Below are positions 1-9,346 of a DNA stretch of 27,436 nucleotides, one piece after another; positions within the stretch are counted from its first letter, which is position 1; every line of letters starts with the position of its first letter. The position numbers and the translations under genes were made by a program. Source of the DNA: an uncultured Gemmatimonadales bacterium (GTDB taxonomy: Bacteria; Gemmatimonadota; Gemmatimonadetes; Gemmatimonadales; GWC2-71-9); assembly GCA_963844035.1 (NCBI GenBank), contig CAWJMT010000021.1, forward strand, positions 1 to 27,436, read 5' to 3'. The notes under the pieces were generated by a model. It worked only from the letters and a program-made list of their open reading frames with translations. It ran no database searches and was not told where the DNA came from.

Positions 1-29
1 CTCCACTCAATTGGCGGTGGCGGTGGCTG

Positions 30-551
30 ATGATGAAGCCGGCATGCATCACGCTTGCACTGTTCGCAACCGCGTTTGCCTCGGCGCTGACCGCACAGGT
101 CGAGGAGGGGGATGCCCGGAAGACCCTTGCCGGCCTGCGGGGCGTCTCCGTCTCGGTCGTGCCGGTGGTGGAACAGGCCCCAAAGAACGCGGTCGTGGCG
201 GAGCAGATTCAAGCCGAGGTGGAGACGCAGGTGCGGCACGCCGGCATTACGGTGCTCAAGAAGGACGACCTGCGTCGCACGCCCGGAATGCCGTACCTCT
301 TTGTCCTGCCAAGCGTCCAGCGCCCGGACTCCGCCGGCAAGCCGTACCTGTACCGCGTCGAGGTCGAGGTCTTCCAGCTGGTGGTGCTCTCCCGGAACCC
401 CGAAATGTTTGCCCTCGCCCGCACCTGGAATTCCAGGGGTAGTCTCGGCGCGGCGGCGGAAGCGAATCTCGTCTCGTCCATCAAGGACGCCGTGCAAATC
501 ATGACGGCCCAGTTTATCACGGCGTACCTGGACGCGAATCCGAAGCATTAG
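30..551 (+). CDS. Hypothetical exported protein
   Basis: 173-aa ORF with a Sec-type signal peptide (MMKPACITLALFATAFASALTA/Q) and normal globular composition; no family recognised with certainty. Confidence 0.75.
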   Translation: MMKPACITLALFATAFASALTAQVEEGDARKTLAGLRGVSVSVVPVVEQAPKNAVVAEQIQAEVETQVRHAGITVLKKDDLRRTPGMPYLFVLPSVQRPDSAGKPYLYRVEVEVFQLVVLSRNPEMFALARTWNSRGSLGAAAEANLVSSIKDAVQIMTAQFITAYLDANPKH

Positions 552-593
552 TCGAGCCGACGCCTGCCCCTCGCGGTTATTCTTCTCCAGCAT

Positions 594-2519
594 ATGCTCT
601 CCCCTGAGGTTCCGGAGCGCCAGGCCCACGCGGCGCCCCGCGCGATCGAGCCGATCGACGGCCCGCGCGACCGGGAGCGCATCCCCACCGTGGTTGTTGC
701 CGACCCGGACGACGTCGCCCGGCTGGTTGCGCAGCGCATCGTAGACCTCGTCCAGCGCCGCGCCGACGCCGTGCTCGGCCTCGCCACCGGCAGCACGCCG
801 CTCGGCATCTACGGCGAGCTGATCCGCCGCCACCAAGCGGGGGAGCTCGATTTCTCGCGCGTCGTCACGTTCAATCTCGACGAGTACTACCCGATGCCCC
901 CCGACCGGGCGCAGAGCTACCGGCGGTACATGTGGGAGAATCTGTTCGCGCACGTGAACATCCGACCGGAGAACGTGCACATCCCCGACGGGCACGTCCC
1001 GCGGGACCGGCTCGCCGAGCACTGCGCCGCATACGAGCGCGCGATCGCCGATGCCGGGGGGATCGACTTCCAGCTGCTTGGCCTGGGCCAGAGTGGCCAC
1101 GTCGGGTTCAACGAGCCCGGATCCTCGCCGGATTCGCGCACCCGACTCGTCACGCTCGACACCGTCACCCGGAGGAACGCGGCGGCCGATTTCTTCGGCG
1201 AGGACCACGTGCCCCACGAGGCGATCACGATCGGCGTGGCGACGATTCTCGAGGCGCGCGACATCGCATTGATCGCCACCGGCGAGCACAAAGCGGCGAT
1301 TGTCGCACGCGCCGTCGAAGGCGATCCGTCGCCGGACGTCGCGGCGACGTACTTGCAACGTCACCCCAGAACAGTCGCGTATCTCGACCTCGCCGCCGCG
1401 GCCGAGCTCACGCGCATTCAGACCCCGTGGCTCCTGGGGAGCGTGACCTGGACCCCGGCCGAGACCGATCGGGCGGTCGTGTGGCTCGCGCAGGAGAGCG
1501 GCAAGGCGATCCTCAAACTCACGGCGCGCGACTACGCGGACCATCACCTCAGCCCGTTGCTCGCGCAGCATGGCTCGGCGGGGCCCATCAATGGGGCTGT
1601 GTTCAACCGGCTGCAACACAAGGTCCGGGGCCGCACCAAGCTCCCGGCGCGGCTCACCGTGCTGGTGTTCTCGCCCCATCCGGACGACGACGTGATCTCG
1701 ATGGGGGGGACCCTGCGGAAGCTGCGGGAGAACGACAACACCATCGTCGTCGCCTACATGACGAGCGGCAACATCGCCGTGTTCGACCACGACGTCCGGC
1801 GCCACCTCGATTTCGTGGAGCGGGCCAGCGAGACGCTGGGGGTCGATGCCCGGGCGGTGTCCCGGGTGCGCGCCGAGGTCGAGTTGAGCGTCGAGCAGAA
1901 GGAGCCGGGCGCGGTGGACCTCCCGGCGGTACAGGCGCTCAAGCGCACCATTCGTGAGTCAGAGGCAGTCTCCGCGCTCGGCGCGGTGGGGCTGCCGCCG
2001 AGCGCCGCCCGTTTCTTGAACCTCCCGTTCTACCGTACGGGAGAAGTGCGCAAGCGACCGATCGGGCCGGAGGATGTTGCCATCCTCGTGGCGCTGCTCG
2101 ATGCCGTGCGTCCCGACGTGATCTTCGTAGCGGGTGACCTGTCGGACCCGCACGGCACGCACCGGATGTGCCAGGCGGCAATCGAGCGCGCGCTCCACGA
2201 ATACGGCGGCCCAGCTCCTGCCGTCTGGCTCTACCGGGGTGCGTGGCAGGAGTGGTCGATCACCGAAGCGGACGTCCTCGTGCCCCTGTCGGACGACGAG
2301 CTGCGGGCCAAGGTGCTCGCGATCTTCAAGCACCAGTCGCAGAAGGACACCGCGCCGTTCCCCGGTCCGCACGACGACCGCGAGTTCTGGCAGCGGGTTG
2401 AGGCCCGCAATCTCGGGACCGCCGCGCTCGCCAATCGCCTCGGCCTGCCGGAGTACCATGCGATGGAGGCGTTCGTGCTGCACCAAGGTGCAATGGTTGC
2501 CTCAGATACCCGCTCGTAG
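594..2519 (+). CDS. nagB: Glucosamine-6-phosphate deaminase fused to a C-terminal PIG-L/LmbE-like deacetylase domain
   Basis: NagB motifs LGLATGSTP, TFNLDEYY, GHVGFNEPG; C-terminal PIG-L motifs FSPHPDDD, DPHGTH, HQSQ. Confidence 0.95.
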   Translation: MLSPEVPERQAHAAPRAIEPIDGPRDRERIPTVVVADPDDVARLVAQRIVDLVQRRADAVLGLATGSTPLGIYGELIRRHQAGELDFSRVVTFNLDEYYPMPPDRAQSYRRYMWENLFAHVNIRPENVHIPDGHVPRDRLAEHCAAYERAIADAGGIDFQLLGLGQSGHVGFNEPGSSPDSRTRLVTLDTVTRRNAAADFFGEDHVPHEAITIGVATILEARDIALIATGEHKAAIVARAVEGDPSPDVAATYLQRHPRTVAYLDLAAAAELTRIQTPWLLGSVTWTPAETDRAVVWLAQESGKAILKLTARDYADHHLSPLLAQHGSAGPINGAVFNRLQHKVRGRTKLPARLTVLVFSPHPDDDVISMGGTLRKLRENDNTIVVAYMTSGNIAVFDHDVRRHLDFVERASETLGVDARAVSRVRAEVELSVEQKEPGAVDLPAVQALKRTIRESEAVSALGAVGLPPSAARFLNLPFYRTGEVRKRPIGPEDVAILVALLDAVRPDVIFVAGDLSDPHGTHRMCQAAIERALHEYGGPAPAVWLYRGAWQEWSITEADVLVPLSDDELRAKVLAIFKHQSQKDTAPFPGPHDDREFWQRVEARNLGTAALANRLGLPEYHAMEAFVLHQGAMVASDTRS

Positions 2520-2578
2520 GGTTGTCCACGAGTCCGCCGCATAGAACCCCCAGCTTCTCGTTCGTCAGGAGGCACGTC

Positions 2579-3646
2579 ATGACCAGGATTCGGCGTAGTG
2601 CCGTTGTCGTCGCGCTGGCGGTCGCCGGCACCGCTGTGTTGCCGGCGCGGGAGGCAGGGGCCCAGGCGAAGCCGAAGGCGCAGAGCACGCAGCCCTCGAT
2701 CGCGACGATCTTGAACGAGACCTACGCCAAGTTCAAAGATCTGCAGGAGGGGAAGAACGCGGACTATATCCCGGCGCTCGCCAAAGTCGATTCCAACCTG
2801 TTCGGCATCGCCCTCGTGACTCCGGACGGCAAGGTCTACACCGCGGGCAACACCAAGGGACAGGTCTCGATCCAATCGATCTCCAAGGTGTTCACGCTCG
2901 CCAAGGTGATCGAGGAGCAGGGACCGGACGTCATCGAGAAAACCATCGGCGTGGACGCGACCGGGATGCGCTTCAACTCCATTGTCGCCGTCGAAATGGC
3001 GCAGAAGGGTCTCGGCGGACCGGAGATGAACTCGCTCGTCAACCCCGGCGCGATTGCCACGACGTCCATGGTCAAGGGGAATACGCGGGCCGAGGTGTGG
3101 AACAGCATTCTCAGCTTCTACTCTGATTTCGCCGGGCGGCCGCTCCAGGTGGACCAGGAAGTCTTCAAGTCCGAGGCGGAAACGAACCAGCGGAACCAGG
3201 CGATCGGCGCCCTGATGTACGCGTACGGCTACATCAAGGCGAACCCGGCACAGGCGACGGACGTGTACACGGAACAGTGCGCGGTCAGTGCGAATGTGAA
3301 AGATCTCGCCACCATGGCGGCCACGCTCGCTAATGGCGGCAAGAATCCGGTGACCGGCAAACAGGTGATGGCGTCGAAAAACGTCCCGTACGTGCTGGCG
3401 GTGATGGCGACCGCCGGACTGTACGACGACTCAGGGAAGTGGCTCTACCGCACGGGGCTGCCCGCCAAGAGCGGCGTAGGCGGCGGCATCATCGCCGTGG
3501 CCCCCGGCAAGTTCGGCATCGCGGTGATTTCCCCTCCGCTCGACGGTGCCGGGAACAGCGTCCGTGCCCAGCGCGCGATTGCGGAAATCGCGGCGCGCTT
3601 GAATGCCAATCCCTACGCAGCCGGGGGTCCGGCTGCGACCCGGTAG
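2579..3646 (+). CDS. glsA: Glutaminase A with N-terminal signal peptide
   Basis: GKNADYIPALA, catalytic SIQSISKV (SxxK), GLYDDSG, GLPAKSGVGGGI, SPPLDGAGNSVR. ATG at 2579 is preceded by AGGAGG; MTRIRRSAVVVALAVAG...AGA/Q looks like a signal peptide. Confidence 0.93.
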   Translation: MTRIRRSAVVVALAVAGTAVLPAREAGAQAKPKAQSTQPSIATILNETYAKFKDLQEGKNADYIPALAKVDSNLFGIALVTPDGKVYTAGNTKGQVSIQSISKVFTLAKVIEEQGPDVIEKTIGVDATGMRFNSIVAVEMAQKGLGGPEMNSLVNPGAIATTSMVKGNTRAEVWNSILSFYSDFAGRPLQVDQEVFKSEAETNQRNQAIGALMYAYGYIKANPAQATDVYTEQCAVSANVKDLATMAATLANGGKNPVTGKQVMASKNVPYVLAVMATAGLYDDSGKWLYRTGLPAKSGVGGGIIAVAPGKFGIAVISPPLDGAGNSVRAQRAIAEIAARLNANPYAAGGPAATR

Positions 3647-4970
3647 CCCCTGGGGTCGCTCGCTTGTACTCGCGGCGAGCCTGCTCGTGGTCCTCGCGCC
3701 ACGCGTGAACGCCCAGGACGTGGCGGCCCAGACACCGGCCGACACCAGCGCCGACACCGCCGCGACCGCCGATTCCATTTATCAAACCAGCATCGCTGGA
3801 GAATTTCGACCTGCCAAAGGGTTCGACCTCGTCCGCACGAAAGTCGCCAGCCTGAACATCAGTTTCTACGGACTGTTCCGGTATGTGAACCAGCTCCCGG
3901 GGGATCAGGAGTTCATTGATCACCTGGGTGGCGTCCGCACCGTCAAGACGCGCAACGATCTGTACTGGCACCGGACGATGGTGTGGCTCACCGGGTTCTT
4001 TCACGTTCCCAGGTTTCGCTACAACATCACGATGTGGTCGCTGTCGACCACGCAGCAAGCGCTGCTGTTCGGGAATCTCCAGTACGTGTTCGCCCCGGCC
4101 CTTACCGTCGGTGTGGGACTCACCCCCAATCTGACGATACGTTCGATGCAGGGTTCCTGGCCGTTCTGGGGCGGCAGCGATCGGCAGATGGCGGAGGACT
4201 TCTTCCGCGGGGGATTCTCGTCCGGCGCCTACGTGACGGGTCAGGCAGCGCGCCGTCTCTATTACACCGCCTCGGTCAACACCAACTTGAGCCAGCTCGG
4301 CGTGACCGCGTCCAACGACACGCGCGACCTCGCGTACAGCGCCAGCTTGAACTGGATGCCGACCACCGGCGAGTTCGGACCGCGCGGCGGACTCGGCGAT
4401 CTCGAGTACCACCAGCGTCTGGCCACCCGGTTCGGGATATCGGCGGGCCACAGTCGCGAGGGGCGCTACGCGAACGACAGCGTTCCGCCCAATGCCGCGC
4501 AGATCAAGCTCTCGGACGGCGTGAACCCATTCGACGCGGGCGCGCTGGCCGCCGGGGTGATCGTGCAGAAACTCGACTACGACGAGATGGCGATCGACGC
4601 GGGATTCAAGTATCGCGGCTTCTCGTTTCAGGGCGAGTATTACCTGCGCCGGCTCTCGAACTTTCTGGCCACGGGCCCCGTGCCGCTCTCGTCCATCACC
4701 GATCACGGGTTCCAGGTGCAGGGCATGCACATGGTGGTGCCGAAGCGGCTGGGAGTCTACGCCACCTACGGCGTGGTGATGGACGAGTTCGAACGGCACC
4801 CCTGGGAGGTATCGGGGGGCACGACCATCTACCCGAGCGGCACGCGGTCCTGGCGCTTGAATCTTCACGTCATCCGGGTCGAACGGTGTCCGGCGTCTTC
4901 CACGTTTGGTTACTACACGTCGGGCCAGTCCGGCACGACGATTTCCATCGGCACGGACATCCTGATGTGA
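3603..4970 (+). CDS. Putative outer-membrane beta-barrel/porin-like protein
   Basis: Signal peptide (SLVLAASLLVVLAPRVNA/QD); aromatic- and Gly-rich alternating strands (GFKYRGFSFQGEYY); coupled to glsA and to the next gene. The exact start is uncertain. Confidence 0.7.
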   Translation: MPIPTQPGVRLRPGSPWGRSLVLAASLLVVLAPRVNAQDVAAQTPADTSADTAATADSIYQTSIAGEFRPAKGFDLVRTKVASLNISFYGLFRYVNQLPGDQEFIDHLGGVRTVKTRNDLYWHRTMVWLTGFFHVPRFRYNITMWSLSTTQQALLFGNLQYVFAPALTVGVGLTPNLTIRSMQGSWPFWGGSDRQMAEDFFRGGFSSGAYVTGQAARRLYYTASVNTNLSQLGVTASNDTRDLAYSASLNWMPTTGEFGPRGGLGDLEYHQRLATRFGISAGHSREGRYANDSVPPNAAQIKLSDGVNPFDAGALAAGVIVQKLDYDEMAIDAGFKYRGFSFQGEYYLRRLSNFLATGPVPLSSITDHGFQVQGMHMVVPKRLGVYATYGVVMDEFERHPWEVSGGTTIYPSGTRSWRLNLHVIRVERCPASSTFGYYTSGQSGTTISIGTDILM

Positions 4971-4978
4971 GGTGCTCC

Positions 4979-6076
4979 ATGCGCGTTGTGTCGGGGCTCG
5001 TGTTGATCGGTCTCTGCGCCGTGGCGCACCCCGCCGCAGCACAGACCGCCGATTGCGATTTCGACGACTCGCATTTTCATCTCACCAACTACGTGCAGGA
5101 AGGCCCGGGCGTGAGGGACTTCCTGAAGCTTATGGGAAAGCGCGTCTGCCGGTCCACGCTGTTCGGCATCCCGCTCCAGCAGACGTGGGCGTATGCGAAC
5201 TCCGGGGACTACGCGCCGACGTACTATCTCCAGACCGACGCCCCGCTCTACTACTACTCGTTCACCGACGCGAGCGTCGCCATGGCGTACCGCTCGCTGT
5301 CGCCGCAGGAGCGCACCCGGTTCGATCCGATGATCACGGGCTTCAATCCGGCGGACATGTATGCCGCCGATCACATCAAGCGGGTGCTCCGTACCTTCCC
5401 CGGCGTGTTCGAAGGCATCGGGGAGTTCACCATTCACAAGGAGTTCGTGTCGGCCAAGGTGGCGGGCGGAGCCGCGAGCCTCATCAACCCCGCGCTCGAC
5501 CGGATTCTCGATTTGGCCGATACGGCGGGACTCGTCGTATTGATTCACAATGACATGGACATGCCGTTCGCGAAACCCGGCACCGAGCCCGTGTTTCTCC
5601 CCCAGATGAAGTCCCTGCTGCGGCGGCATCGGGGCGCTGCGATCATCTGGGCCCACATCGGCCTGGGACGCGTGGTGCATCCCACCGTGCCATCGGCATC
5701 GGTCACCGCGGCCGAGCGCAACCCGACGTACGGGATGATCGTCGAGGGCATCCTTTCGGACTCGACGCTCAGCCACGTGTACTTCGACATCAGCTGGGAT
5801 GAGGTGGCGAAGTATCTGCTCGCGAGCCCCGAGGTGACCCGCCGCTCGGCCGAGTTGCTCAACCGCTATCCCGACCGCTTCCTGTTCGGCTCGGATGTCG
5901 TCGCGCCGCGCGATACGAGCGCGTACTTCGCCGTGTTCAACGACTATGCCCCGCTGTGGGCGCTGCTCACGCCCGAGGCCAGCGCGAAGGTCCGCAAGGG
6001 CAACTACGAACGGCTGTTCGACGCCGCGCGGGAGCGCGTGCGGGCGTACGAACGAAAGCAGGGCTGGTCAAAGTAA
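4979..6076 (+). CDS. Exported amidohydrolase-family (TIM-barrel metallo-hydrolase) protein
   Basis: ATG 4979 after GAGG; signal peptide ...AHPAAA/QT; DSHFH (DxHxH), GIGEF, LIHND, WAH, FDISW and RFLFGSD motifs. Confidence 0.88.
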   Translation: MRVVSGLVLIGLCAVAHPAAAQTADCDFDDSHFHLTNYVQEGPGVRDFLKLMGKRVCRSTLFGIPLQQTWAYANSGDYAPTYYLQTDAPLYYYSFTDASVAMAYRSLSPQERTRFDPMITGFNPADMYAADHIKRVLRTFPGVFEGIGEFTIHKEFVSAKVAGGAASLINPALDRILDLADTAGLVVLIHNDMDMPFAKPGTEPVFLPQMKSLLRRHRGAAIIWAHIGLGRVVHPTVPSASVTAAERNPTYGMIVEGILSDSTLSHVYFDISWDEVAKYLLASPEVTRRSAELLNRYPDRFLFGSDVVAPRDTSAYFAVFNDYAPLWALLTPEASAKVRKGNYERLFDAARERVRAYERKQGWSK

Positions 6077-6094
6077 CCGTAGAGTCCGAGGGAG

Positions 6095-6122
6095 TTGCCG
6101 GACCCGCCTGATTTGCTAACTT
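6095..6122 (+). promoter_or_regulatory. Putative sigma70 promoter for tRNA-Trp
   Basis: TTGCCG-16 nt-TAACTT, with TGn before the -10, 18 nt upstream of the tRNA. Confidence 0.45.
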
Positions 6123-6140
6123 CCAGCCGCATTACTTCCT

Positions 6141-6213
6141 AGGTCCGTAGCTCAATTGGTAGAGCACCGGTCTCCAAAACCGGGGGTTGCAGGTTCGATT
6201 CCTGCCGGGCCTG
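6141..6213 (+). tRNA. tRNA-Trp(CCA)
   Basis: Acceptor AGGTCCG/CGGGCCT, D arm TAGCTCAATTGGTAGAGC, anticodon arm CCGGT-CTCCAAA-ACCGG, T loop GGTTCGATTCC; 3' CCA not encoded. Confidence 0.97.
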
Positions 6214-6238
6214 TTAGAGCCGCACCGTGGGGGATCTC

Positions 6239-6912
6239 ATGCAAAACGTCGCTCCGCGCAGCTGTGCGCACCTCGCGACAATGGCCGTCGCGGTGTGCGT
6301 CATCCCCTCCGCCGTGCCAGCCCAGTCGCCAGTCCCAGACTCGGTGGTATACCTCCTCTCTCCATCCAGCCGCTTCGAGGTAACGACCGGCAAGGGCGGT
6401 CTGCTCGGCTTCGCCGGTCACACGCATGTGATTCGCGCGCGGGCGTTCTCGGGGCGGGTTGTCTTCCACCCGGCAAGCCCACTGCCTCCCGCGTCGAGAT
6501 CGTGGTGCCCACGGACTCGCTCGAGGTCCTCACGCCTCCAGACACGGCAGAGATCCGCAAGGTGACGGAGGCGATGCGGACCGAGGTGCTCGACGTGAAG
6601 CGCTATCCCGAGATCCGCTTCGTGTCGAAGACGCTGACGGCCGCTGACGGTGGCTTTGTCATCGTCGGGGATCTGACCATGGCGGGCCGCACGCGCGAAG
6701 TGCGAGCGGAGGTCAAGGTCAATATCCGCCCGGACAGCTTGCGAGCGACGACCACGTTCGCGGTGAATCAGACCGACTTCGGAATCCGGCCGTTCCGGGG
6801 CGGCCCTGGCGGCAGCGTCCGAGTCGCCGACCGGGTCAGGTTCGAGGTCGATGCGGTGGCGTCCTTGCGGACCGCCCGGCGGGACGATAAATCCGGTCTC
6901 CCAATTGGATAG
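6239..6912 (+). CDS. YceI-family protein (frameshift near 6480)
   Basis: The N-terminal frame (signal peptide, GGLLGFAGHTHVI) switches at a short C run to a frame with VLDVKRYPEIRFVS, GDLTMAGRTREV and QTDFGIRP, typical of YceI. Confidence 0.82.
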
Positions 6913-6950
6913 TTCGCCAGCTAGCGCGGAACTTCATTTAAGGAGGAAGC

Positions 6951-7565
6951 ATGGGTGTCGCTGCGAGAATCCCCGTCGTGGTGATGGTAGTCGCCGGCCT
7001 CGCACTCGGGCGTCGGACCGCGGCCGCGCAGGAGGCGTCGGCCGACGCGCAGCTCGCGCAGGCCAAGACGGCGCTCGCCAAGTACCAGGACCCCATGGAG
7101 GCGGTGCGCAACGGCTACTTCTCGACCGTGAGCTGTATGGAATTTCCGACGGGCCTCAACGAACACGAGCATGGCGAGCACGGCGGGATGTCGTACAAGC
7201 CCGGGGGAATGGGCGTCCATTTCCTCAATACCGCGCTGATCGGGCCGACGCTCGATCCGACCAAGCCGCAGGTGCTCATCTACGAGCCGGTCGCCGACAA
7301 CAAGCTGCAGCTCGTGGCCGCGGAGTGGTTCTCGCCCGTGATGCCCGGTGTGAAGGAAGCGCCCAAGGTGTTCGGGCGAGCGCTCGAGGGTCCGATGGAA
7401 GGGCACCCGCCGATCATGTCGCCCGGGTTCCACCACTGGGATCTTCACGTCTGGCTGTGGAAGAACAACCCGAGCGGGATGTTCAGCCCGACCAACCCCG
7501 ACCTGAAGTGCCCCAAGACCGGATACTCGTATGCCGGAGAACCGCCGAAGATGGTGACGCCATAG
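6951..7565 (+). CDS. Exported His/Met-rich hypothetical protein
   Basis: Strong RBS AAGGAGG; signal peptide ...TAAA/QE; motifs GGMGVHF, LDPTKPQVLIYEP, WDLHVWLWKNNPSGMFSPTNP. Confidence 0.85.
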   Translation: MGVAARIPVVVMVVAGLALGRRTAAAQEASADAQLAQAKTALAKYQDPMEAVRNGYFSTVSCMEFPTGLNEHEHGEHGGMSYKPGGMGVHFLNTALIGPTLDPTKPQVLIYEPVADNKLQLVAAEWFSPVMPGVKEAPKVFGRALEGPMEGHPPIMSPGFHHWDLHVWLWKNNPSGMFSPTNPDLKCPKTGYSYAGEPPKMVTP

Positions 7566-7571
7566 GACAGC

Positions 7572-8917
7572 ATGATGGTGCGTTACGCCCTGCTCTGCAT
7601 CCTTGCTCTTGGCTTGACGGGATGTGAATCAACTGCCCCTACACAAGCCGACGTAGCGGTCGCGACCGTTCAGGTCGCGGCCGCGACGGACACCGCGACC
7701 GCGCTCGGGAGTAGCGTGCAGTTCAGCGCGCTCGTGAAGGACGCGGGCGGCAATATGCTGTCAGGCAAGACGGTGACGTGGAGCTCGACCACTCCCGCGG
7801 TAGCGGTCGTGAACGCGGGCACCGGCATGGCCACAGCGATGGCGAACGGCTGGACGAGTATCGCGGCATCGGTCGAGGGCGTGACGGGCGCGCGCACCCT
7901 CACCGTGGCGCAGAGCGTGGCGACGGTCGTCGTCACCCCCGCGACGTTCAGCGTCCCCGCCGGCACGACCCGCCAGTTCTCGGCGACCGCGCTCGACGCC
8001 AACGGCAGCGGCGTCGCCGGAATCAAGTTCCTGTGGGTGTCCTCGAACACCAACGTAGCCGTGGTCGATACCACGGGGCTCGCCCACGGGGTCGGCCGGG
8101 GCGAGGCGATCATCGCCGCCGCCGCCCGCGGGCAGCCGGGGTACGCGGTCCTGACCGTCACGGTCCCCGCCGGACGCCTGGTGGTGGCGAGTACGCTCGA
8201 CAACGCCGTCTACCTGTACGATCCGGTGACGCTCACCCGACTGTCCACGTTCACCGTGACGGCGCCCCTGTCGGCTGCCGTCGGGCCGGATGGTCGTGTC
8301 TACGCCGGCACCACCTCAGGGCAAATCGCGGCGATCAATCCCACCACGGGAGACATCGCCACGTTGGGCAGCGGCATCATCGCCGGTCCCATCTATGGCA
8401 CCGACGGTGAGCGCGAGCGGCGTGATCTACGCATCGGGATCCAGCATGCTCGAGGTCCGCACGATGGATCTGACGGGCGCGGCGCTCGGCAACATCACGT
8501 CGCCCAACGGGACGAGTCTCCGCGCGTCCACGCTGGGACCGGATGGGAGTTTCTACCTCGCGACGTTGGCCGGGGGGCCGGTGCAACGCTGGGCCGCCGG
8601 CTTCGTATACGACACGGGTGTTTGGGGGCGGCGGGCTCGACGATGCGTTCGGCATCGCGACGCGGGCGAACGGCGACGTCATCGTGACCGACCAGAACCA
8701 GCACGCCTACTTCCGGTTCAGCCGCGAGGGCGTGTTCCTCGGCAGCGTAGCGATCGACTGCACGGGACAGGTGCGTAACCTCGCCGTGGACCAGGAGGAC
8801 AACCTCTGGATCGCCTGCTACGGATCAAACGCGGTCGTGAAGTTCGACACCCGTGACCGCGAAGTGGCCCGCCTGACGGTCAACTCCCCTTCGGGAGTCG
8901 CGTTCGAGCGGCCGTAG
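7572..8917 (+). CDS. Lipoprotein with two bacterial Ig-like (Big_2-type) domains and a C-terminal beta-propeller (frameshifts near 8400 and 8617)
   Basis: Lipobox LGLTGC; WSSTTPAVAVV and WVSSNTNVAVVD Ig repeats; GPDGRVY and GPDGSFY blades continue across ORFs 7572, 8290 and 8543 to ...SGVAFERP*. Confidence 0.8.
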
Positions 8918-8919
8918 TT

Positions 8920-9055
8920 CGCGCCCTGAGAGGGAGCGCTCGCGTCTCCGGTTTTACGCGCCCTGAGAGGGCGCGCTCGGCGGGGGGTGCGCCCTTAAGG
9001 GCGCACTCGCGCTCAGCCCGGGCTCTCAGCCCGGGGAATACCGCGTGATCTAGTC
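8920..9055 (+). repeat. Three-hairpin REP/REPIN-like element, copy 1 (with an extra degenerate first hairpin at 8920-8940)
   Basis: CGCGCCCTGAGAGGGCGCG / GTGCGCCCTTAAGGGCGCAC / AGCCCGGGCTCTCAGCCCGGGGAATA; homologous to 13167, 21758 and 22842. Confidence 0.9.
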
Positions 9056-9346
9056 CCGTAGCCCCAAGCGCTCTCGTGCAGGCGATGCGGCTGGCGCATG
9101 GGAACCCAAGCGAATCGGTATCGGCCCTGCTGATCCCGGGCTGCCTAGCTTTCCGGTGTGACCCCCACGAAATCCCCGACGAGATAGTCGAACGGCCGCA
9201 CGGCACGGGCGTGATTTCCCGGGGTATGCTGGTAGCTACCCGGCCGTCTGCCGCCATCGTTCTGACGCCCCTCCTGACGCCACTCCGATTGCGAGACCGC
9301 CGCGCGTCCTGGCCTGGCTGGTTTACGCGACGATTGGTGACCCGAC

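Noticed and set aside
594..2519. NagB-PIG-L fusion as a novelty
   Set aside because: This two-domain NagB architecture is already known in several phyla.
3983..4978. N-terminal 332 aa of the 697-aa ORF 3983-6076
   Set aside because: Out-of-frame overlap with the outer-membrane protein gene, with Arg-rich shadow composition; the real start is 4979 (RBS and signal peptide).
3489..5042. Long antisense ORFs (also 17248-18384, 24564-25835, 25900-27375)
   Set aside because: They mirror well-supported genes; stop-poor shadow frames are expected at high GC.
6152..6469. ORFs overlapping tRNA-Trp (and 20289-20777 over tRNA-Lys)
   Set aside because: They are translations through tRNA sequence.
9060..9340. 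Riboswitch or ORF in the gap before lipoprotein A
   Set aside because: Some stems (GAAATC...GATTTC) are present but no recognisable riboswitch consensus; ORFs 9076-9411 and 8880-9386 look non-coding.
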